Shown piece after piece: positions 57,467 through 64,000 of a DNA stretch of 64,000 bases. Each line of letters starts with the position of its first letter. Positions within the stretch are counted from its first letter, which is position 1. A program made the position numbers and the translations under genes. Origin of the DNA: Dehalococcoidia bacterium (GTDB lineage: Bacteria > Chloroflexota > Dehalococcoidia > Plut-88900); NCBI GenBank assembly GCA_965207225.1, contig CBDBLV010000005.1:800001-864000 (forward strand). Reading direction: 5' to 3'. A model generated the notes under the pieces. It had not been told where the DNA came from, did no database searches, and worked only from the letters and a program-made list of their open reading frames with translations.

Positions 57467-58212
57467 TGCGTACACGAATTATCCGATTTCGTTGATGGTG
57501 AAGGTGGCCTCTCCCGTGGAGGGACTTGAAGACATGGTGCTGGAGCCAGAAGCTGTCGGAAGGAAAGGTGATGGGGGTTAGCCTGGAGCCTATCCGGTTC
57601 GGTAGAAATGACCGCTCCGAAAAGACCGAATAGGAAGAGGAATGGCCGCCGCGAAGCTGCACCTGGGCTGTTGCATCCGCTACTAACAACACTCCCACTA
57701 GCCAAGCAGGCAATGCTGCATCACCGTGTTACAGTGATTCCCCCGATGGAGTGTTTAGATCATCAGCCTCCAGGAGCTCCATTCGTGTAGTGTAATTCGT
57801 GTCGATAGCCTCGGTCTTAGCGACACCAGATGGGGTTCGGAGTCGGTGTTGGACTGGTCAACTTTGTCGGTCTGAGTGGACGCGGTAGTGTCAGTTGTCA
57901 AAGACGGAACGCAATCCCCTACGTTGGCGGAAAATTATTCGGGGTAATTCCGTTCCAGGCTCTAGCTCAGCGAAAGCTGAGCAACGTACACGGTGATGAC
58001 TCACAATCGCGCCTGAACGGGATTATAGGATCCGATCAGAGCCCGAATTGGAGGGCGGAGCCATCCCTAGTCGAGAGGTAGCTCCTTCACGGGAACGTCC
58101 ACGACAACGGATAGGCTCTTATCAGAAGACTCTCGGAATGAAGGGGGTCGGATTCTGACATGGATCCCGGCTGGGAGAAGAGGCAGTACCCCGACTGCAC
58201 TCATCTCCTAGA
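57467..58212 (+). ncRNA. Candidate large structured ncRNA (GOLLD/ROOL-like scale); boundaries approximate
   Basis: No credible ORF; long-range complements 57472-57481/57793-57802, 57512-57526/58080-58094, 57586-57596/58108-58118, 57719-57729/57988-57998; GAAA-tetraloop hairpin 57965-57982; adjacent tRNA-like element. Confidence 0.6.
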
Positions 58213-58215
58213 CAT

Positions 58216-58301
58216 GGGGATCGGGGAAAGGCAGACGCGCTGCACTTGGAATGCAGTTGCCATTCGTGTCCGTAGGGGTTCGAGTCCCCTCACCCTCACC
58301 A
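58216..58301 (+). tRNA. Degenerate tRNA-Leu-like element with TGG anticodon (pseudo-tRNA or tRNA mimic)
   Basis: Perfect anticodon arm CTGCA-CTTGGAA-TGCAG, 17-nt variable region, perfect T-arm AGGGG-TTCGAGT-CCCCT, ACCA end; acceptor stem only 5/7 paired and D-stem damaged. Confidence 0.7.
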
Positions 58302-58359
58302 CCTCTCATGATAAACTTCCCTCGCAATACCGATGCATGCTTAGAAGGGGACTGTAAAG

Positions 58360-58638
58360 ATGACTGATGATTCGCTCAAACTCTTCCAAGACGCACTGCA
58401 GAACGATATCCCCATGTCCAAGCTTCCTACTAGGACTCTAGCCGCCTTCTTCGTATCTGTAGCTCACGCTGCCGTGGAGACCGATGCAGAAACGTTTATG
58501 AGTCATCTAAGTCAAGCCATCGTGAAGGCGCATCAAAAATATCCGAAAATTCTTGTAGACGACGAGAAACCACTTCTAAAGCTCCTTGAAATGCTTCAGG
58601 AGACAGTCGAGGACTTAAGTCGCCGCCGGCCTTCCTAA
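58360..58638 (+). CDS. Hypothetical helical protein (92 aa)
   Basis: ATG after AAGGGG; no recognised motif. Confidence 0.55.
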   Translation: MTDDSLKLFQDALQNDIPMSKLPTRTLAAFFVSVAHAAVETDAETFMSHLSQAIVKAHQKYPKILVDDEKPLLKLLEMLQETVEDLSRRRPS

Positions 58639-58797
58639 TTTCTTCGAGCATCACTCTAATCTCTTGCTTCCGGTGTCCTATCGCACATTAGCCCCTTTTT
58701 TCGCGCTGGTACCTCAGCTGGTCATACGCGATTTACTGGAACTCAGTTACACCCGCAGACTCCACCAGTGGTATCCTGCTGGTAGAATGGCCCTACT

Positions 58798-59328
58798 GTG
58801 AATATACGAATTGCTGGGATGTCAGACTATCCACCAGCTTGGGCCCAACTCCTGACCGATAGGCCAGTCGAGCAATTTCTGCGTCGAGCAGTCATATACA
58901 CGCATGAGATCGACTACCTGGTTTTGGTATCCCCCTTCATTGGGCCACTTAAGGGAGTCTCTCCGAGCATGTCGAGGTTGATAAAGAGGATTGAAAGAGA
59001 CCGAATCCCCACCTATGTCGTCACTAATGAGCCAGATAAGCCTTCCCAGCAGAAGGCGGTTGACATGCTCTCAAAATGCCGCTACACGGAGATCCGTTAC
59101 AACGCTTCCTTGCACGCGAAAGTTTACGTTTGCAAGGCACGCCAAAATGGGTTCGCGATGCTAGGATCTGGAAACTTAACAGCAACCTCGATTTCAAAAA
59201 AGATTGAAGTGGGCATTATGATCAGAGATAAAGGACCGGGAGTCTACGTCTTCAACGACTTATGGCGGTGGGGGTCTCACAGACTCCGCACACTAAGCGA
59301 AAGTAAATTGATCAAGGGCATGTCCTGA
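58798..59328 (+). CDS. Single-domain phospholipase D-like nuclease
   Basis: LVSPFI, LHAKVYV, LGSGNLT, EVGI (HKD Asp replaced by Lys); alternative start ATG 58819. Confidence 0.8.
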   Translation: MNIRIAGMSDYPPAWAQLLTDRPVEQFLRRAVIYTHEIDYLVLVSPFIGPLKGVSPSMSRLIKRIERDRIPTYVVTNEPDKPSQQKAVDMLSKCRYTEIRYNASLHAKVYVCKARQNGFAMLGSGNLTATSISKKIEVGIMIRDKGPGVYVFNDLWRWGSHRLRTLSESKLIKGMS

Positions 59329-59482
59329 GAGTGGGCCCACGGGAGATATCCGCATTGTAGAAGGTCTCCTATCATTTTATGCGGCAGTAGCCACTACACC
59401 TGTAGGTCTCGAAATCCAAACCCAGTGACCTCATTTTCTGGAAAAGCACTAATCTCAGATGAAAACACAGGAGGATCGTTAA

Positions 59483-60643
59483 GTGGAATTTAAAGACTGG
59501 TTTTGCCTTAATGCACGTGACAGCTTCACGATAGACCCTTTGATCTATCCCTCCGACGACCGGTTCTACTTTGGACGGTCAGACATCAAATCTAGGCTAT
59601 TTGCCCAAATCAAAAGGTCTTTCATCGATCCCGGTGTGCCAAAAGTAGTGCTCTTCGGTGCCTACGGTACAGGTAAGACCCAGACTCTGCACCATATCGA
59701 TCATTACCTGAAGACATCTCCCCCTAAATCGCTCCGCCACAAGCCTAGAGCAGTGCACGTCGTCCTTGAGATGAGTAGCAAGTCCTCCTACAGGGAATGG
59801 CACCTCCAGTTACTGGAGGCATTGTCTCGGGACACGGTTACCACATGGGTGGAGAGAGCGTTTGAGAAGGCACCAGACTGGGACGAGTTCTTGAAGAGGA
59901 CACTAAACGACCCGAACCTAATCCAGGCCGTGAAAAACCTCCGAGGAGGAGGGGAGCCGCCCCTCACAGCTTGGAAATGGCTTACAGGCCAGAAGCTCTC
60001 CGCAGCGGAACTGCAGCGGCTTAACTTGACCAGGAGCCTGGGTGACGTTGGGTCTGGCGATTTGGTGAATGCCATCGTAGCACTGGGTAGACTAGCCACA
60101 GAGAGCAGCGGTGAGAAGTTGATACTCCTAATGGATGAGGCCGAGTCGTTTAGCCGCATACGAGACGTAGATGCAGTCGAGTCAGTCCACAACTATCTGC
60201 GCCGCTTAGCAGATCAACAGAACTCGTCACTTGGGTTCGTGATTTCCACTTTTGCCAATATTGAAGACGACATGCCGGACATAATCCAGCGGGCAGACGT
60301 CAGGTCGAGGATAGGCGCCAGCAACTACCTCGAGATCCCACCACTGCCCGGTGTCGAGGATGTCAAGGCCTTCCTTGAGGAGCTATTGCAGGAGCTGATA
60401 GACCAGGATATGGCAGAGGCACGGATCCAAGAGAAAGGCTTGAGTTCTACCCGGGAGACCTACCCGTTCGACGCTGAGGGGTTCGGCCTACTTTGTGACT
60501 ATGCGTCGCAAGACCCTGTAAAGGCACTCCCGCGGAACATTATTCACGCAGTGAACGAGTGTGCCATCTCCGCATGGGACCTGGAGAGTCTAGTGATTGA
60601 TAGCACTATCATTAATGAAGTAGCACCTCTAGTCTTTTCCTAG
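59483..60643 (+). CDS. P-loop AAA ATPase, BrxD/DUF2791-like
   Basis: GAYGTGKT Walker A, LLMDEAE Walker B, AWKWLTG motif; GGAGG RBS. Confidence 0.75.
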   Translation: MEFKDWFCLNARDSFTIDPLIYPSDDRFYFGRSDIKSRLFAQIKRSFIDPGVPKVVLFGAYGTGKTQTLHHIDHYLKTSPPKSLRHKPRAVHVVLEMSSKSSYREWHLQLLEALSRDTVTTWVERAFEKAPDWDEFLKRTLNDPNLIQAVKNLRGGGEPPLTAWKWLTGQKLSAAELQRLNLTRSLGDVGSGDLVNAIVALGRLATESSGEKLILLMDEAESFSRIRDVDAVESVHNYLRRLADQQNSSLGFVISTFANIEDDMPDIIQRADVRSRIGASNYLEIPPLPGVEDVKAFLEELLQELIDQDMAEARIQEKGLSSTRETYPFDAEGFGLLCDYASQDPVKALPRNIIHAVNECAISAWDLESLVIDSTIINEVAPLVFS

Positions 60644-60645
60644 AG

Positions 60646-62016
60646 ATGAAACGATTCACGATCCGTCCAGCAATTTCCCACGGCCGACCAGTGCGAATTG
60701 GTAGTGGAGACTCGAAAGGCGACTGGGTGTCCCTTGGCAGGCTCGCTGAGGCCGGACCAGCCTCTCAAGTCCAGCACGACCTAAGTGGTGAGCACGTGGT
60801 GGCGATCGTTGGGAAGCGGGGTTCGGGAAAGTCGTATGCTCTCGGAGCCCTCCTCGAGGGCTTGGCAATCGGAGAGGCGGGATCAGCCCTCGCCAGTACA
60901 GACCGTAGAAGGGCAGTATTGCTCTTCGATACGCTGGGCATCTTCCAATGGATGGATGTCCCGGTAACCGCAGCCAACAATTCACCAGAAGTGCAGAGAC
61001 AATACCAGTCCCGGTCTGGCTGGGACCTTCCTGAAGCTGCGGTAGACGCCTTGGTCTGGAGGCCGCGTGGGCCCGGTCCAGCTCCACCACAACAGATGGA
61101 ACTCGTGGTCAAGCATAGTGACCTTGATGTCTCCGACTGGGCTTACCTCTTCGGTTTAGACCTGCTCCAAGACCGCATGGGGCAGTTGCTGAATGACGCT
61201 TTCTACAAAGTCACCACCGAAGGCTGGTATGCGGGAAGCACACCGAAGGCGCCGACGCAGGACTACAGCCTAGCTAACGTCATTGAATGCATAAACTCGG
61301 ATCCCGAGTTGAACACTACATATCAGTCGGAGACTAGGCGGGCGATAGTCCAACAGCTCACGACGTACTCCAGAAACCCGGTTTTTGGTGAAGACGGGGT
61401 AGGATTGCGGGAGCTATTGAAGCCCGGATACATCAGCGTCGTTGTAATGAACCGGATGAATACGGGGCTCCGCTTCGCACTCATCACTTCGATAGTTAGG
61501 CGCCTCATGCGCTCTAGGATCGCAGCGTCCGAGATCGAAAAAGAGCTGAGGATCCGGGGTAACATGACTCAGGAGCAACGCTTATCGCTTGAGGCCCAGT
61601 TAGCGGACGCCGTACCACCAACATGGATAGCTGCTGACGAGGCACAGAACTTCCTTCCTTCGGAGCGGAATACCGGGGCATCGGAAGTGCTAATTCAGTT
61701 GGTTAGAGAAGGGAGGAACTATGGCCTCTCGTTCGTTGTCACTACACAGCAGCCAACCGCGATTGACCCGAGGATAATGGCCCAGGTGGACACTTTGATG
61801 GCCCACAAGCTGACAGTGCAGGCTGACATTGAACAGATTCGCAGGAACCTAAAGAGCCAGCTACCATCCCAGATAAGGTATGGACACCGAGAACTCGGAC
61901 TCGAAGGGCTGCTTCACGAGCTTGATGTCGGCCAAGCAGTCGTATCCAACACCGATGCCCCTAGGACTCTTGTCATAGATGTGAGACCCCGGCTGTCTGT
62001 GCACGGGGGGTTCTAA
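60646..62016 (+). CDS. HerA/FtsK-like (DUF87) ATPase
   Basis: IVGKRGSGKS, ADEAQNF, REGRNYG, TTQQP, VRPR.S.HGG. Confidence 0.85.
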   Translation: MKRFTIRPAISHGRPVRIGSGDSKGDWVSLGRLAEAGPASQVQHDLSGEHVVAIVGKRGSGKSYALGALLEGLAIGEAGSALASTDRRRAVLLFDTLGIFQWMDVPVTAANNSPEVQRQYQSRSGWDLPEAAVDALVWRPRGPGPAPPQQMELVVKHSDLDVSDWAYLFGLDLLQDRMGQLLNDAFYKVTTEGWYAGSTPKAPTQDYSLANVIECINSDPELNTTYQSETRRAIVQQLTTYSRNPVFGEDGVGLRELLKPGYISVVVMNRMNTGLRFALITSIVRRLMRSRIAASEIEKELRIRGNMTQEQRLSLEAQLADAVPPTWIAADEAQNFLPSERNTGASEVLIQLVREGRNYGLSFVVTTQQPTAIDPRIMAQVDTLMAHKLTVQADIEQIRRNLKSQLPSQIRYGHRELGLEGLLHELDVGQAVVSNTDAPRTLVIDVRPRLSVHGGF

Positions 62017-63264
62017 GTGTATTCCGACCTAGGCCTACGGAGACCCAGCGTATTAGATACACCACGGAGGTCCATGCAACGGCTCGGCTTACTAAAGTTG
62101 CTCGTAGGCGTATCAGCCCGGGGGTCTGCGAACACCCTCCTATCGACCGGTGGGCAAGTGATCAAAGCTCTGACCAGCAAGGTAGTCCTCCCCTGGGACA
62201 ACCGAACCGCCTCCTATGTCCGCTCTGCGCTCTCGGTGCAGACAAACGCAAGGCTCAGGGAACAAGCCGCCGGCTTTTTGTCACCAGGGTACTCTGGACC
62301 TCGGCAAGTCGCTTTAGAGCTACAGGACGCTTACCTCGCCCTCGGCCGTCTCCCGTCCCGCCGGGGCCGCTTGGCAACTACAGACGATTCGAGGTTTCCG
62401 CATTGGGGGATAGCGTTAGGACTGACTAGGAAAGAGCCCTTTGACCCCCTGGTACGCGGGAACCTTCTCCTTAAACTAACTAAGGATGCGGAGCTTTTGG
62501 GATTCAGCCAATTTGACCCCTTGGTCAACCCCTTAGAGCTGACCAGGCCCCAACGGGTGTTTTTTATGTACGTCATCTTAAAGAGAGACCTCAGCATCCT
62601 GGTGCCCCTATATGAGCGGCTGGCAGAGCTTAACGGAACGTTTTCTGATATGGAAGCGGGGGATCTGTTGCCAGAGTTGTATTTCTCGGCCTCTAAGGCA
62701 CTCAAGCGCACGGGCAGGGGCGGGAACGACTCAGTCTGGGCGAACCAACTCGCTGAGACGGCCTCGGCTATAAGGGCACGCCAAGGCAAGTCCTACGGCA
62801 AAACCGTAAGGGAGCAGACCGTAACCCCCCGGCTAGAGCCGTTTGTTGATCTAGGCATACTCGCCAAGACTTCCGCATATTCTTACGAGTATCGTTTCAC
62901 TCCTGAGGGACGGGAATTTTTCTCCAATATGAAAGGGAAGTGGAACGGTTCATTCTCCTGGTTTGGCAAGGAGGCCGCAACTGTTTTCGGATATGGAGAC
63001 AGGGAGGTGTCGAGGGACACCGAATTACTCAGGCTCCTTTTTTCGGCTTGGGGGGAGATCAAGAGCCACCTAGGTTATTCTCCCATCGATGAGACCCTGC
63101 TCTTAGGACTGATTCATGGCCTTGAGGAAGGAGCTGGCTGGTTTGACTTGGGCAAAGCCTACAATACGCTACGCTCTGCCCAGAAGGCAGTGCCGGGACT
63201 TCTCAGGTTTAACATGGACCGGTACGGCCGCCTTTCGGTCGTCCGATTTATGCGTCCCCCATAG
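62017..63264 (+). CDS. Hypothetical protein in ATPase operon
   Basis: 415-aa ORF abutting the HerA stop codon. Confidence 0.7.
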   Translation: MYSDLGLRRPSVLDTPRRSMQRLGLLKLLVGVSARGSANTLLSTGGQVIKALTSKVVLPWDNRTASYVRSALSVQTNARLREQAAGFLSPGYSGPRQVALELQDAYLALGRLPSRRGRLATTDDSRFPHWGIALGLTRKEPFDPLVRGNLLLKLTKDAELLGFSQFDPLVNPLELTRPQRVFFMYVILKRDLSILVPLYERLAELNGTFSDMEAGDLLPELYFSASKALKRTGRGGNDSVWANQLAETASAIRARQGKSYGKTVREQTVTPRLEPFVDLGILAKTSAYSYEYRFTPEGREFFSNMKGKWNGSFSWFGKEAATVFGYGDREVSRDTELLRLLFSAWGEIKSHLGYSPIDETLLLGLIHGLEEGAGWFDLGKAYNTLRSAQKAVPGLLRFNMDRYGRLSVVRFMRPP

Positions 63265-63270
63265 TATGTC

Positions 63271-64000
63271 ATGAATAGTGACTTCAGCCATTTGTTCATC
63301 ACTAGGTGGCCGTTTCGGACAGTGCCCGACGCTGAGTCAAGTAAGCTATGGGCCGACCGGTCACGTCTCCGTGCTCAAGTCAAAAAGCTGTTGTGGCGCT
63401 GGGGCCGCAGCGACCAAAGTACCATCCACCTTATGTGGGCCGACCTCGGCGCCGGCAAGAGCCATACCCTGAGGCACATACAGTCGCGCCTGTTGGACTC
63501 GCCTGAGTCGGGAATGTATCCCATCTATTCCGTGATGCCGCGGGAACTGCGGACGTTCCTCGATGTGTACCAAGCCATACTCGCTGGCCTAGACCTAAAC
63601 CGGTTGGGACAGATGTCTGTGGCTGCCCTTCGTGCCGAAGGGTCCAAAGACAAATTGGTCAAGAACGCATTCCCCGGTCTACCTGAAGCGGTCACGGCGT
63701 TAGTGGCGCTGCAGGCTGAGAGCGAAAGTGACCGGACAGTTGCCGCTCAGTGGCTCAGAGGTACGCGGGGCCTCACGAAGCGTGACCTACGGCCGCTGGG
63801 AGCTATCCGGAGCATCAAGACCACCGATGAGGCAGTCGCAGCCCTTAGCGGGATCATGTATGTCGTCAGAGTGGCAGAGAAAACGAGTAGGTTCGTAGTG
63901 ATGTTGGACGAAGCCCAACGCCTTGGGCAGGCTTCAAATAAGGTTCGCCAAGACGTCAACGTGGGGTTGCAGACTTGGTACGACTCTAGTCCAAATAACC
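63271..64000 (+). CDS. Second BrxD-like P-loop ATPase (runs off window end)
   Basis: Manual translation from ATG 63271: ADLGAGKSH Walker A, AAQWLRG, VVMLDEAQ Walker B; not in ORF track. Confidence 0.8.
   Translation, partial: MNSDFSHLFITRWPFRTVPDAESSKLWADRSRLRAQVKKLLWRWGRSDQSTIHLMWADLGAGKSHTLRHIQSRLLDSPESGMYPIYSVMPRELRTFLDVYQAILAGLDLNRLGQMSVAALRAEGSKDKLVKNAFPGLPEAVTALVALQAESESDRTVAAQWLRGTRGLTKRDLRPLGAIRSIKTTDEAVAALSGIMYVVRVAEKTSRFVVMLDEAQRLGQASNKVRQDVNVGLQTWYDSSPNN

Larger units (their letters stand above)
50757..64000. mobile_element. Putative tRNA-integrated genomic/defence island (right end outside window)
   Basis: att-like fragment, loss of host skew and of recognisable REP repeats, defence-type cargo; no integrase seen in window. 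Confidence 0.65.

Noticed and set aside
57467-58212. RNase P RNA, group II intron, retron or rRNA fragment
   Set aside because: I could not find the RNase P GAGGAAAGUCC core, a group II domain V, or rRNA signatures by eye, and no reverse transcriptase is nearby; cmscan is needed to exclude them formally
58216-58301. tRNA-Sec (selC) serving the selenoproteins
   Set aside because: Anticodon is TGG not TCA, and the discriminator is A
57225-58357. Short ORF-track ORFs in this interval
   Set aside because: No motifs or convincing RBS, mutually overlapping, and one spans the tRNA-like element

Overview
GC-rich bacterial chromosome segment, probably Chloroflexota/Dehalococcoidia (SAR202-like; inferred from gene content only). 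Bases 1-50.7 kb are mostly housekeeping and metabolic genes (trpS, argS, recG, DegV/DAK2, rpmB, rpe, argJBDG..H, miaB, oxidoreductases) interspersed with REP-like palindromic repeats. The ORF track splits five genes at in-frame TGA codons that fall exactly at redox-motif Cys positions: six probable selenocysteine codons, in three DsbA-like genes (one carrying two Sec) and two UGSC-family genes. A block at about 37.5-46.1 kb has flipped G/C skew and flipped repeat orientation, suggesting an inversion. An 18-bp tRNA 3'-end remnant at 50757-50774 marks the probable left end of a less skewed, apparently lower-GC integrated island that runs off the window. The island holds a PD-(D/E)XK nuclease-like gene, a prokaryotic viperin coupled to an XRE-HTH/TPR protein, a ~740-nt ORF-poor region with several crossing long-range helices (candidate giant structured ncRNA) abutting a degenerate tRNA-Leu-like element with a TGG anticodon, and a PLD + BrxD-like ATPase + HerA-like ATPase + unknown + BrxD-like ATPase operon. 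This island is the best candidate for an undescribed system. All calls are from reading the sequence; no searches were run.
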